NCBI GenBank assembly: GCA_913041275.1 | Contig: CAJWHF010000001.1 | Coordinates: 7,350 to 71,349 of the forward strand | From: an uncultured Opitutia bacterium | Lineage (GTDB): Bacteria > Verrucomicrobiota > Verrucomicrobiia > Opitutales > Coraliomargaritaceae | Reading direction: 5' to 3' | Length of the DNA: 64,000 bases | Shown here: positions 1-10,089 of the stretch, one piece after another | Numbering within the stretch: the first letter of the stretch is position 1 | How the letters are laid out: each line of letters starts with the position of its first letter | The notes under the pieces: model-generated | Told to the model about the DNA's origin: nothing | The model's database searches: none | What the model saw: only the letters and a program-made list of their open reading frames with translations | Made by a program: the position numbers and the translations under genes

Positions 1-780
1 CAATGCTCGGTATGGGCGATGGAAGATCACCGCACAGCAGAAGAACTAGAGCAAAACTTGAGAGAATACATGACTGCTCAGTGCCAACGCTACGATGTCT
101 ACGAGCACATCAAATGGATGGATGTCGTCAATGAGACAGTCACTACTAGAGGTAGATGGATGGGGCCTAAGCCAGGCACTGATCAATGGGAAAACCCGTG
201 GACGATAATTGGATATGACGAAACCCATCCACTTATGCCACCACTCTACATAAAAATGGCTTTTGAAATCGCAACGGAGCACGCGCCTAATACGAAGCTG
301 ATTATCAATCAGCATGGCGGTATGGAAGATAGAATGTGGCTTACGATAAAAGATCTAGTTTTCTATTTACGTGAGCAAGGGCTCAGGGTCGACGGAATCG
401 GTTGGCAAGCCCATATCGATACCGGTTTTGAGAAAGATACCTACAACATGCAGCGCTTACACGAATTAATTGATTGGGCACACAGCAATGAACTTTCCTT
501 TCACATAACCGAGATGAATGCTTGGGTAGAAGGAGAGGACAAGAACTACGATGCACAAGCAGAAACCTTTGGAGCAATTATAGAAGCATTACTTGAGCAC
601 CGTCTAAATGGTGAGGTCACTTGGAATGTTTGGAACATAACAGACGGCCTAGCTTGGATTGAAAATAGAGATAAGGAAGGCACTCTTTTTGACGCAAATT
701 CAGAGGCCAAACCAGCCTATTATGCGATCCAAGAAGCATTAGAAAACCCTTTGCCTGCCAGGGCGCCCGGGGGCCAATAG
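1..780 (+). CDS. GH10 glycoside hydrolase (endo-1,4-beta-xylanase family), 5'-truncated by the window edge
   Basis: GH10 motifs WMDVVNE (acid/base), VDGIGWQAH, FHITEMN (nucleophile) and C-terminal LFD..KPAYYA. The frame is open from base 1 (CAA TGC TCG GTA TGG GCG ATG), so the true start lies upstream. Confidence 0.85.
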   Translation, partial: QCSVWAMEDHRTAEELEQNLREYMTAQCQRYDVYEHIKWMDVVNETVTTRGRWMGPKPGTDQWENPWTIIGYDETHPLMPPLYIKMAFEIATEHAPNTKLIINQHGGMEDRMWLTIKDLVFYLREQGLRVDGIGWQAHIDTGFEKDTYNMQRLHELIDWAHSNELSFHITEMNAWVEGEDKNYDAQAETFGAIIEALLEHRLNGEVTWNVWNITDGLAWIENRDKEGTLFDANSEAKPAYYAIQEALENPLPARAPGGQ

Positions 781-2262
781 ATGAGTTTGAATGATTCCCC
801 ATTTATGAATAGAAGTACTCAATTACTTGTTTCTAGAGGAAACCTAAATATCTTTTTCGTAATTTGTGCATACTTTTGGCTCCCACAGTCATTTTTTGCT
901 GATTGTAATCACATTGATATAAGTAATCTACGCTGGTTACACGATACTTCTGAACTAGAAATAACCTTCCAAAGTAAACCAGAAAAAATCTATGAACTGC
1001 AAGGTAGCAGCGACTTGAGTGGATTTAATGCTATATTTGATGTCACAGGTGCGACCGGCACAGAACAGACTATTGTTTTAGGACCTAGCGAAAATCTTCA
1101 GACCCGTTTTTTTAAGATAGCTGGGAAGAACACAGCTCCGACCGCGAGATGGTTCCAGGAGCAGAACGGATCTAGAGAAGAATCGCACGGACACTTTATA
1201 TTAGTATGTGAAGATGGGGGCTTTCTGCAAATTGGCGAAACCGGTATTGTTGGTCGAGCAACTGCCAAAATATTAGTCGTAAAGACTAACTCGGAGGGTG
1301 ACCTTGAGTGGAAACAGGAATTTGGTTCAGGTAACCGAAATATGGGCAACTCTGCGATTGAAGTGGCTGATGGTTACTTAGTCTGCGGTATGCTTAATAG
1401 AAACAGCGCTATTTTAAAGTTAGACAAAAGCGATGGCACATTAATTTTTAGTCGAACGCGAAATAATGGGGGCACCGATGCATATGAACACATAGCCTTA
1501 CATCCGAATGGATTTATTGTGGTGGGATACACCAATGCCGAAGATCCCAACAATACTTTTTTTACCGAAGGAAGGGGATATCTTGGTTTTCATGATTCTG
1601 CGGGAAACTGGACTTCTGGGAAAAGCTTAAACGAACACTTATCACTCGCCTACCGAATAAAAGCTGTTGATGACAATTACTATATATCCGGAACGACTTA
1701 TTCGCCAACAGATACCTTAACCTATGCTGCATTAAAAATAGACAGTTCTGGTAGTGTAATTTGGAGTAATCAATACGGTGGCAGCAATCAAAACCACTGC
1801 TTCGGTATGGATGTTGGGTCAGATGGAGCTGTATTTTTAACAGGGCACACTTTATCTGGGACAGAGAATTGGGATACCTACACCATTAAACTTGATGAAA
1901 ATGGCTCGGTTCTATGGGAGACCAAGCGCGGGAACCCTCGTGGCTTTAATCCAAGATGGATACACGATGAAACTTGGGGCATTCAAGCGACCTGTGACGG
2001 AGGTTGCATCATTGCCGCGGGCACAGGTGATGAATATAGTTACTCAGTCACCTTAGATGGAGTCACCTCTGATGAGTGGGAAGCTTATATTGTCAAAATA
2101 GATGCCTCTGGAAATGTGCAGTGGGAAGCATCATACAGTAGTGGTGACTTTGGCCTCGAAGGAGATTGGGCAGCAGAGGACATTGCCCTTACAAGTGATG
2201 GAGGCGCGATTATTGCGATAGATAATGGACAATTTGGATTTCTTAAAATTGCACCCTTTTAG
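781..2262 (+). CDS. Secreted hypothetical protein: N-terminal verrucomicrobial 'S.DL...RFF' beta-domain plus beta-propeller-like repeats
   Basis: Hydrophobic N-terminus; IYELQGSSDLSGF...QTRFFKI domain; repeated K.D..G...W...YGG blades. The start could be 805. Confidence 0.6.
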   Translation: MSLNDSPFMNRSTQLLVSRGNLNIFFVICAYFWLPQSFFADCNHIDISNLRWLHDTSELEITFQSKPEKIYELQGSSDLSGFNAIFDVTGATGTEQTIVLGPSENLQTRFFKIAGKNTAPTARWFQEQNGSREESHGHFILVCEDGGFLQIGETGIVGRATAKILVVKTNSEGDLEWKQEFGSGNRNMGNSAIEVADGYLVCGMLNRNSAILKLDKSDGTLIFSRTRNNGGTDAYEHIALHPNGFIVVGYTNAEDPNNTFFTEGRGYLGFHDSAGNWTSGKSLNEHLSLAYRIKAVDDNYYISGTTYSPTDTLTYAALKIDSSGSVIWSNQYGGSNQNHCFGMDVGSDGAVFLTGHTLSGTENWDTYTIKLDENGSVLWETKRGNPRGFNPRWIHDETWGIQATCDGGCIIAAGTGDEYSYSVTLDGVTSDEWEAYIVKIDASGNVQWEASYSSGDFGLEGDWAAEDIALTSDGGAIIAIDNGQFGFLKIAPF

Positions 2263-2329
2263 TAAGTGATTACCGATAAGAATTTACAATTTTACAATAA
2301 TCCTAAATCTCACCAAGAATTAGAAAAAT

Positions 2330-2695
2330 ATGAATGATAGTGAAATTACAGACTTATTTAACCAGTGGAATAACGCACTACAGACAAAAGACCCAAAAAA
2401 AGTTTCGGCACTCTACGAAGAAAATGGAATATTGATCCCTACTTTATCAAATAAAGTACGGCATAATCACGAAGAGATTGAAGACTACTTTACTCACTTC
2501 TTAGCTAAAGGCCCTGTTGGTAAAATCGATGAGTCCAATATCCGCATATACGATCAGACCGTTATCCATTCTGGCCTTTATACCTTCACCTTTGAAGGTG
2601 GCACTTCTGCTTCCGCAAGATTTACCTTTGTATATCGCTGGAATGGTCTACGCTGGTTAATAACAGAGCACCACTCCTCAAAGATGCCTGAATGA
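2330..2695 (+). CDS. SnoaL/NTF2-like protein (SgcJ/EcaC, CaMKII-association-domain family)
   Basis: LF.QWN.AL...V..LY...L.PT.S...YF..FL...ARFTFVY...I.EHHSS.MPE signature. Confidence 0.85.
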   Translation: MNDSEITDLFNQWNNALQTKDPKKVSALYEENGILIPTLSNKVRHNHEEIEDYFTHFLAKGPVGKIDESNIRIYDQTVIHSGLYTFTFEGGTSASARFTFVYRWNGLRWLITEHHSSKMPE

Positions 2696-2721
2696 TAGTA
2701 CCGCTGACGCTTATTAAACGT

Positions 2722-4404
2722 CTAGTCGGCACTTGTATCAAAAGAGTGTCCCAGTAATTCCTCTGCATGAGCTAGAGCAGATTCGGACTTTCGATCCCCA
2801 AGCATGCGCGCCAACTCTTCGAGCCGATCATCACGACTATCATCTAGTTGAGCAATTTCGACAGACGTCGAATCATCGTCTTGTGACTTGGTCACCACAA
2901 AATGATTACGTGCGAGCGAGGCAACCTGAGGAAGGTGAGTTACGCATAAGACTTGGTGCTTTTGAGCGAGCCGAGAAAGCTCAGCTCCTACGGCGCGCCC
3001 TACTTCTCCTCCAACGTTGGCATCGACTTCGTCAAAGACAAGTAAAGGCGTGGCGTCGGCCTCGGCTAGCACCGCTTTGAGTGCTAGCATAACGCGCGCT
3101 GTCTCTCCACTAGAGGCGATTTTATTGAGGGGTAATAACTCTTGCCCAACGTTGGGTGCAAAAAGAAAGATACAGTGACTGTCGCCATGCTCGGAGAGCT
3201 TGGCCTGAGTGACTATTTGTATCTCTAATCGTGCTTTCTTAAATCCGAGCGCTTTCAGAAGATTGGATACTTTTTGTGCGAGTATGTGAGCAGATTCCTG
3301 TCGATCACTAGTTAGCTTTTTTGCCTGTTTGTTAAGCTCCACATTCATAACTTCAGCAGCTTTTCTTTTTTCTTTAATCAGACCATCAAGATCACCATCT
3401 AGGATTACTTTCTGCCCGAGTTTTTCTCTCTTACTTAGCACACCTTCGACACTACCACCATATTGACGGCGGATCTCCTGCCAGAGATTCATACGCTCAG
3501 TCACTGCTTCGATAGCCTCAGAATCAAAATCAAAATCTGTGCCCAAACGGGCTAATTCATCTCCTAAATCTTGTAATTCGATTTGTACACTTCGAGCACG
3601 ATCCAGTAAAGAACCCGAACCAGAGTCGAGCTCCACTAGTGATTCAAGTCGGGCTAGCACGGCGCTGAGTTGATTATTAATACCTGTCTCCCCAGTAAGC
3701 CCGTCCGCACACTCAGCAGACAGAGCGACTAATTCTTGGGCGCTTGACATACGAGTATAGTCACGCTCCAGCTCCTCGACCGAGTTTTCACTGATATCGG
3801 CGGCGTCAATTTTTTTAATTTGCTTACGAATAAATTCTAGTTCGTCAGCATTAAGCCGCTCTCTATTTTCTAATGCTTCGATCTCCCTGTTAGCACCTAC
3901 CCACTCAGTATAGGTGCTCTGGTATCTTTCCAGCCGTTCAGTATTACCAGCATAAGAATCGAGCATTTCCAATTGGCGCTTTTCTTGGAAGAGCTTTTGC
4001 GGCTCGCCTGGACCATGAAAATCAATCCACGACGCCCCAAATTCCTGTAACTGAGCAAGCGTTGCCATAGATCCATTAATCTGTATACGAGGCATTTTTG
4101 TACGATGTACGGTCCGCATAAGAATAAGTACACCTTCTTCGCACTCTGGAAGACCTGCATTTTTAAGCATGCGGTCGACAACAGAAGAATCGGTGAAATA
4201 AAACGCTGCCTCTACTTCTAGTTGGTCATGGCCTTGACGGATCATTCCTTTATCCGTACGCGCTCCGGAAAGCAAGCCGAGTCCGCCAAGGAGCACACTC
4301 TTACCAGCACCAGTTTCACCGGTAACTGCCGTAAAGCCAGATTCAAATTCGAGCGTAAGCTCATCCAACAACGCGAGATTTTTAATGCGAATGTATTGAA
4401 GCAT
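2722..4404 (-). CDS. recN: DNA repair protein RecN
   Basis: TGETGAGKS Walker A, long coiled coil, KIASSGE..R.MLALK, FDEVDANVGG, QVLCVTHLPQVA, ELARML. Confidence 0.97.
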   Translation of the reverse strand: MLQYIRIKNLALLDELTLEFESGFTAVTGETGAGKSVLLGGLGLLSGARTDKGMIRQGHDQLEVEAAFYFTDSSVVDRMLKNAGLPECEEGVLILMRTVHRTKMPRIQINGSMATLAQLQEFGASWIDFHGPGEPQKLFQEKRQLEMLDSYAGNTERLERYQSTYTEWVGANREIEALENRERLNADELEFIRKQIKKIDAADISENSVEELERDYTRMSSAQELVALSAECADGLTGETGINNQLSAVLARLESLVELDSGSGSLLDRARSVQIELQDLGDELARLGTDFDFDSEAIEAVTERMNLWQEIRRQYGGSVEGVLSKREKLGQKVILDGDLDGLIKEKRKAAEVMNVELNKQAKKLTSDRQESAHILAQKVSNLLKALGFKKARLEIQIVTQAKLSEHGDSHCIFLFAPNVGQELLPLNKIASSGETARVMLALKAVLAEADATPLLVFDEVDANVGGEVGRAVGAELSRLAQKHQVLCVTHLPQVASLARNHFVVTKSQDDDSTSVEIAQLDDSRDDRLEELARMLGDRKSESALAHAEELLGHSFDTSAD

Positions 4405-4425
4405 CTATTAATTTACTGCGATCGG

Positions 4426-4983
4426 CTAAGCGATCGATGCCAGCACTTGAATGAGGAGTGATAATGGAAAAATACTCACTATAGAAGTAACAGCAAGACA
4501 GAGAAATGTTTTTAAAGTAGATATGGATAATGCCGAAGAAAGCGTATTTAGTAGAATACAGTATCCATAAATAAAGCCCAAGAAAAAGATCCAAAAATAA
4601 TTAGCCAAAAGTGTCGAATCTTCTACCAAACCCAGCGCAAGGACCAAAATAATAAAGAGAAGTAGCCAGGGGGAAATCCCCCATCCTAGCGCGATACGTA
4701 CCTCTTTCTGGCTAGCATGACCGCCGAACCAACGGCCAAAATTACGCAGTAACCAAGCGAAAAAATAAAGGCCAGACCATCCTAACAAAGACCCGTAAAT
4801 AAAGCATCTATTTCCTACGTCCAAATCAGCAAGATAAAAACGACCAGCTTGTACTATACCAAAAGAAACTGCTAATAAAACGGAAATAAAGTGGCCACGA
4901 TCGTTTTTAATTAGTTCTTGCATCGTATCCCTCGGCTTGTACCAGAGCGTGAGGACAGAGTACAGGTTGAATCGTTCGTTCAT
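4426..4983 (-). CDS. Yip1-family membrane protein
   Basis: N-terminal LWYKPRDTM motif, about 5 hydrophobic helices, W.GR.FGG.A..EVR.ALGW. Confidence 0.7.
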   Translation of the reverse strand: MNERFNLYSVLTLWYKPRDTMQELIKNDRGHFISVLLAVSFGIVQAGRFYLADLDVGNRCFIYGSLLGWSGLYFFAWLLRNFGRWFGGHASQKEVRIALGWGISPWLLLFIILVLALGLVEDSTLLANYFWIFFLGFIYGYCILLNTLSSALSISTLKTFLCLAVTSIVSIFPLSLLIQVLASIA

Positions 4984-4984
4984 T

Positions 4985-4993
4985 TGCTATAAT
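4985..4993 (+). promoter_or_regulatory. Extended -10 sigma70-type promoter element for the ABC-F gene
   Basis: TGCTATAAT is a perfect TGnTATAAT, about 55 nt upstream of ATG 5048 in the short divergent intergenic region. Confidence 0.5.
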
Positions 4994-5047
4994 GAAAGCA
5001 ATACGGGTGCTTCGAATCAAGCAAGTCTCAGTGTAAATTATCTTACT

Positions 5048-6991
5048 ATGCTTACCATCTCTCAAATTAGTAAAGGTTTCGGCCAAAAAACGCTCTTCAC
5101 CAATATATCACTAAACGTCTTAGCTGGTGAGCGTTTTGGCTTGGTGGGACCTAACGGCGCTGGGAAAACGACTCTATTCTCAATTATACTAGGCGAAACT
5201 GAGTCAGATAGCGGTAAGATCGAATTGGCACGCGGAATTAAAGTCGGTTATTTACCGCAGGAAACCGCAGTATTGGGAGAAGAAACCGTGGCTGAAATGG
5301 CTACTTCTATCTACCCAGAATTTACGGAAATCTATAAAGTGTTACGCGAGGAACCCAATCCTGACGCCCCAGAGCGAATTCATGCAGTCGAGCGTTTCGT
5401 AGAACTAGATGGTTATACATTAGAAGCCAAAGCCAAACGAATACTTGCTGGTCTTGCGTTTCGACCAGAGGATTATGATGCGCCGGCACAAAGCCTAAGC
5501 GGTGGATGGATAATGCGAGCGCACCTAGCCCGGTTACTTGTAATGGAGCCCGATTTACTAATGCTCGACGAACCAACAAATCACTTAGACTTGGAGACGC
5601 TTGGTTGGTTTCAAGATCAATTAAAGCGCTACAGCGGTGCTATACTCACCATTTCACACGACCGCGAGTTCCTCAATGCCACGTGTGACAATATAGTAGA
5701 GATCGCTCATGGCAGTTTACACCGCTATGTAGGAAATTATGAATTTTATATTGTACAAAAGGCTGAACGAGAGGCTCAGCACCTAGCGGCATACAATAGT
5801 CAACAACGAGAGATCGCCCACATCGAAGACTTCGTGAGACGATTCCGTGCGAAAGCTAGCAAAGCAAGCCAAGCTCAAGCACGACTCAAACAACTCGAAA
5901 AAATGGAGAGGATAAGCGCACCCGAGAGTGATAACAGTACAATTTCATTTAGCTTTCCTCAACCCGTACGCAGTGGCCAACGCGTCGCCACATTAGAAAA
6001 TGTAAAACAAGCTTATGGGGAGCATATCGTTTACGAAGACTTGAGCCTAGAGGTGGAAAAATTCCAACGCACTGTACTAGTCGGCCCTAATGGAGCAGGT
6101 AAATCGACCCTCCTAAAAATTATAGCTGAACTAGTGCCAATTCAATCGGGCAGTCGCGAACTCGGGCATAACGTAAACGTGGGTTACTTCTCGCAACAGC
6201 GGGTAGAAATCCTTGATTTAGAACGGACAGTTCTAGAGGAAGCCGCAGAACGTAGCCATGGAGTCTCGGAGCAGTCCATCCGTGGTATCCTTGGAGCATT
6301 TCTCTTTCGAGGCGACGATGTCTTCAAAAGGGTTAAGGTCTTAAGTGGGGGCGAAAAAAGCCGCCTTGCCTTGGTCAAGCTTCTACTTGCACCACCAAAC
6401 TTACTACTTTTAGACGAACCGACCACTCACCTCGACATGACGAGTATTGATGCGCTTATAGGAGCACTGAAAGACTACAAAGGAACGCTGCTTTTTGTCA
6501 GCCACGATGTGCACTTTATTCGCTCTCTAGCGAAAACTACTATCCAAATTCAAGAGGGAAAGACTATCTGCTACGCGGGAGATTACGATTACTACCTACG
6601 AAAGTCTGGCGCTAGCTCGGAGCAACACGGATTAATAGCCGGACTAAAGAATGCTCGTCCTAAGGAAGAAATTACCAACCAAGGCAATAAGAAGGCAATG
6701 AGCGCTAAAGATCGCCGCCGCATCGCTGCTGAAAATCGTAAGCACAAGCAATCTGAGCGGCGCAAATTAGAACATTCTGCTACCAAACTCGAAGCTGCCA
6801 TACTAGAACTTGAGGCAGAACAAAAATTAGTTTCTGATAAGCTAAGTAATCCAGAATTTTATGGAAATGGCGCAGCAGCTAAAGAACTAAACATCAAAGC
6901 AGGGCATATAGCCAGATATCTTGGAGAAAAAAATTATGAATGGGAACTGATTGCTGAGAAACTTAGTGACTTATTAGAAGATAGACCCTGA
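5048..6991 (+). CDS. ABC-F family ATP-binding protein (Uup/YheS-like)
   Basis: Two ABC domains (GPNGAGKT/LSGGW/LDEPTNHLD and GPNGAGKS/LSGGE/LDEPTTHLD), no TM segments, C-terminal coiled coil. Start moved from 4937 to ATG 5048 (MLTISQISK). Confidence 0.93.
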   Translation: MLTISQISKGFGQKTLFTNISLNVLAGERFGLVGPNGAGKTTLFSIILGETESDSGKIELARGIKVGYLPQETAVLGEETVAEMATSIYPEFTEIYKVLREEPNPDAPERIHAVERFVELDGYTLEAKAKRILAGLAFRPEDYDAPAQSLSGGWIMRAHLARLLVMEPDLLMLDEPTNHLDLETLGWFQDQLKRYSGAILTISHDREFLNATCDNIVEIAHGSLHRYVGNYEFYIVQKAEREAQHLAAYNSQQREIAHIEDFVRRFRAKASKASQAQARLKQLEKMERISAPESDNSTISFSFPQPVRSGQRVATLENVKQAYGEHIVYEDLSLEVEKFQRTVLVGPNGAGKSTLLKIIAELVPIQSGSRELGHNVNVGYFSQQRVEILDLERTVLEEAAERSHGVSEQSIRGILGAFLFRGDDVFKRVKVLSGGEKSRLALVKLLLAPPNLLLLDEPTTHLDMTSIDALIGALKDYKGTLLFVSHDVHFIRSLAKTTIQIQEGKTICYAGDYDYYLRKSGASSEQHGLIAGLKNARPKEEITNQGNKKAMSAKDRRRIAAENRKHKQSERRKLEHSATKLEAAILELEAEQKLVSDKLSNPEFYGNGAAAKELNIKAGHIARYLGEKNYEWELIAEKLSDLLEDRP

Positions 6992-7013
6992 AAAGACTCA
7001 GGATTTTCTCTTT
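6987..7013 (+). terminator. Possible weak intrinsic terminator after ABC-F
   Basis: CCTGA-AAAGAC-TCAGG hairpin followed by ATTTTCTCTTT; the stem is short. Confidence 0.25.
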
Positions 7014-7071
7014 ACAAGATCCGGTTAAGAGAGATCTTGGATACATAGTTCATAGATACCCCATCTACCTG

Positions 7072-10000
7072 ATGAATCTACCCAATACGATTAAAATACT
7101 TTTTTGCTCCTTGGCTCTAGCTCTTACCAGCCCCCTGGCTCACGCACAGGATGGGGCGAGTCAGTTAGGCTTCACTGCCCTACAGACTCAGGCTAACAAT
7201 CTGGTTGAAAAAGGGCAACTCATTGAGGCTCTTCCGCTACTTACAGAACTAGTAAAGCGGGTCGAGGCCTCCGAAGAATCTGACATCGAACTCGACTTTC
7301 CCGTATTTTTGATCGGCACAGCATACGTTCAAAACTATGTGGCAAGCGGCCAAAAGAGCGAACTTCAAGAAGCGCTCAGGTGGTATGATAAATTACTAAA
7401 TGAGTTCCCAAGATCACCAAAGGTAAAAGATATGCTTATTAAGCGCATCGATATACTTAGGGCTCTTGAGCAAAACGTTGCAGCTACTACTCTAATGCGC
7501 GATATGCTGGCTGGAAAATACAATCTTCGCCTAAGCTATTCAGAGCAGACTAAATTATTGAAAGATCTGGTCAATATTTACTACAATACCGGAAAGCTCA
7601 ATGAAGGCCTCCCTTACTTTAGTCAATTATTGGAGCTAAGCCGAAATCCGCAGGATAAAGCACTCGCAGCAGCAGCTAGCTTCGAAGCGTTGTTCGCGGA
7701 AAAACGAATTGATGAAGCTATTAGCTTATTGCCCAATCTAGCCCGGGAATCCGAGGTACGCTACCGCCCACGATTCAACGTAGCCTTACTAAAAGCGAGC
7801 GATGCACTGGTAGCACTCGCAAGAATTAACGACGCTGCACTGATACTCAATTTGATCAAAACGACTGATTTGATGATTGAATTTCACGAGAAGCAAAAAT
7901 CTCTTAAACAAGCACGACTAGAGCAGCAAACAGCATTTGGTAAATCAGGAGAAGTAGTCTCTAAGCTCCGCCAAGAAATAAAGACGCTAGAAGCGAATTT
8001 AAAACAACTTCGCACCCTACCGACATTACGTAATGAGTTACTGGTTCGCCGCGCGCGTAATTACACTAAAACAGCGCGTCGCTACGAAGCTTTTTGGATG
8101 TTCTATGATTTAATGGTGGAAAACCCTGATGACGAACAGGCAGAATTCTACCATTACGCTAGCTTTTCGAATGCGCTCCAACTAAATAAAGAAAATACCG
8201 CAATCGAAGTCGGCACTATCTATCGTCAGAAATTTCCCTCTGGCGACTACTACTCTGACGTGAGCGGAGCCCTAGCTGGCCTCTACTTGGGAATCGAGGA
8301 TGATAGCTCTTTTTTAAGCTTGGTTCTCGATTTTTTAGGTTCTCGCCCAGTAGACCCTGTCTCACGTAGCATGTTCGCTCAATGGGCGGTGTTTCTTATC
8401 GAGCGTGAAAGATATGCGGAACTCATATCACAAGCAGAAAGCTGGTATAACCAACACCCTAATTCCATCTATGAAGATGGGATTTTCTATTGGAGTGGTA
8501 TGGCAGAGCTTCAACTAGGACGATTCAAAGATGCCGTAAAAAGTTTCAGTCGCCTCATAGAAAAGTACCCAACCAGCGTGTATGCCGAAGACGGGCTATT
8601 ACGTAAAGGTGCAGCACAATTTTATGCTCAAGATTTTACTCCCGCACGAGATAGCCTAAAGCTCTACGTAACTAAATATCCTAATGGTCAAGCTCGCGAC
8701 CAAGCGTATTTCTTCCTCGGAGAACTAGAAAATTTAGCTGGAAACCTTACTCTTGCCCTCGATTACTTACAGCAGGCAGATGCAATTACACAATTGCAGG
8801 ACATACACAATGCTTCCGCATTCCGAATTGGTACGATCTATGAAGCCCTCGAGCAGTACGATAAAATGGAGCAACACTTTAAGGATTACGTTGCCCGCTT
8901 TGGCGAAAAAGGTAATCTAACCCGCGCCATATTCGAACTTGGCCGCGCTTTCGAGTACCTCTTACGTCCAGTAGACATGCTATCTCTTTATCGAGAGAAT
9001 ATTGGTAAATATGCGAGTCAGCCCAATAATTCTGGAGCGGATACACTGATCGAAGGTTACGCAGAAAAATACCAATCCAACTTAGTGATGCTGGAAAATA
9101 CAGTAGCACTTTTTGAGCTACTAGAGACTGATGTCGATTTTCGCATAAAGTTTGTAAGCGACCGTGGCTTTCTTTTTGAGCACTTTTACCTCAACCAAGA
9201 CATAGATCAGCAACTCTACAATCAACTTCGCAGGGATCCATCCTTCACTCCCGAGCTAATTGATGACCTAAGCCCATTAGTCAAAATTTTTAGTCCTTAC
9301 CAAGAACAGCTAGCAAATTACCCAAAGCAATCGCCCAATGAATTTTTTAAATCTGGACTTAAAGAAGCTCAGGCCCAGGAAAACAAAATCTCAGAAATAC
9401 GCATGCTGATGGGACTCTACCGGTTGGGTGTAGAGCTTGATCCAATTGTCCGTTTCGACTCAGACCTCGTAGCCTCTCTAACTCCTAGATCTATTTTATA
9501 CATTGCCGATTATGAACGCGAAAAGCGTCTCGATTTTGCCATTCAGGCTTGGAATAACATACTGATTAACTATCCCAATGATGATGCAACCATTGTCGCC
9601 TACATGCGTCTAGCGGATGTAAGCGCGGAGAAGGGGGAGAAAGAGGATGCACTTAACTACCTAGAGCAAATCGCCACACTCTTCCCTGGTTCGCCGAAGG
9701 TACCAGCTGTTATCCTTCGTCAAGGTGAAATCCTCTCTGAAATAGATCGTGGTCAAGAAGCCAGGGAAAAGTACCAGTATATCCTACGTGTTCCAGATTG
9801 GAGGGGCGTACTGCATGCCCGTGCACTTTATCAAACTGGCCAATCTTATATGGCTGAAAATGCTTTTGCTCAAGCACACGGATTTTTCGAGCGCACGTTT
9901 CTCGGATACCCCCACTTGGCTAAGTGGAGCGCCCTTGCCTATTTAGAAGATGCCGAAGCTCTATTAGGGCTGAGTGCAGGTCAAGATGCCATAAACACTT

Positions 10001-10089
10001 TAAAAGAGGCTATTGAAGAACTCTCCGATTCAGCACCCCAAGATGTCTTGCAAAAAATCAAAGCTAAACTCAAGGAACTGCAGCCATGA
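7072..10089 (+). CDS. Large secreted tetratricopeptide-repeat protein (BamD/CpoB-type TPRs)
   Basis: Sec signal (…PLAHA); many TPR units, e.g. AVKSFSRLIEKYPTS, ARDSLKLYVTKYPNG..DQAYFFLG, ALYQTGQSY. Confidence 0.85.
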   Translation: MNLPNTIKILFCSLALALTSPLAHAQDGASQLGFTALQTQANNLVEKGQLIEALPLLTELVKRVEASEESDIELDFPVFLIGTAYVQNYVASGQKSELQEALRWYDKLLNEFPRSPKVKDMLIKRIDILRALEQNVAATTLMRDMLAGKYNLRLSYSEQTKLLKDLVNIYYNTGKLNEGLPYFSQLLELSRNPQDKALAAAASFEALFAEKRIDEAISLLPNLARESEVRYRPRFNVALLKASDALVALARINDAALILNLIKTTDLMIEFHEKQKSLKQARLEQQTAFGKSGEVVSKLRQEIKTLEANLKQLRTLPTLRNELLVRRARNYTKTARRYEAFWMFYDLMVENPDDEQAEFYHYASFSNALQLNKENTAIEVGTIYRQKFPSGDYYSDVSGALAGLYLGIEDDSSFLSLVLDFLGSRPVDPVSRSMFAQWAVFLIERERYAELISQAESWYNQHPNSIYEDGIFYWSGMAELQLGRFKDAVKSFSRLIEKYPTSVYAEDGLLRKGAAQFYAQDFTPARDSLKLYVTKYPNGQARDQAYFFLGELENLAGNLTLALDYLQQADAITQLQDIHNASAFRIGTIYEALEQYDKMEQHFKDYVARFGEKGNLTRAIFELGRAFEYLLRPVDMLSLYRENIGKYASQPNNSGADTLIEGYAEKYQSNLVMLENTVALFELLETDVDFRIKFVSDRGFLFEHFYLNQDIDQQLYNQLRRDPSFTPELIDDLSPLVKIFSPYQEQLANYPKQSPNEFFKSGLKEAQAQENKISEIRMLMGLYRLGVELDPIVRFDSDLVASLTPRSILYIADYEREKRLDFAIQAWNNILINYPNDDATIVAYMRLADVSAEKGEKEDALNYLEQIATLFPGSPKVPAVILRQGEILSEIDRGQEAREKYQYILRVPDWRGVLHARALYQTGQSYMAENAFAQAHGFFERTFLGYPHLAKWSALAYLEDAEALLGLSAGQDAINTLKEAIEELSDSAPQDVLQKIKAKLKELQP

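Noticed and set aside
4405-5047. SOS (LexA) box for recN
   Set aside because: No verrucomicrobial TGTTC-N4-GAACA or E. coli CTGT-N8-ACAG motif seen in the intergenic stretches upstream
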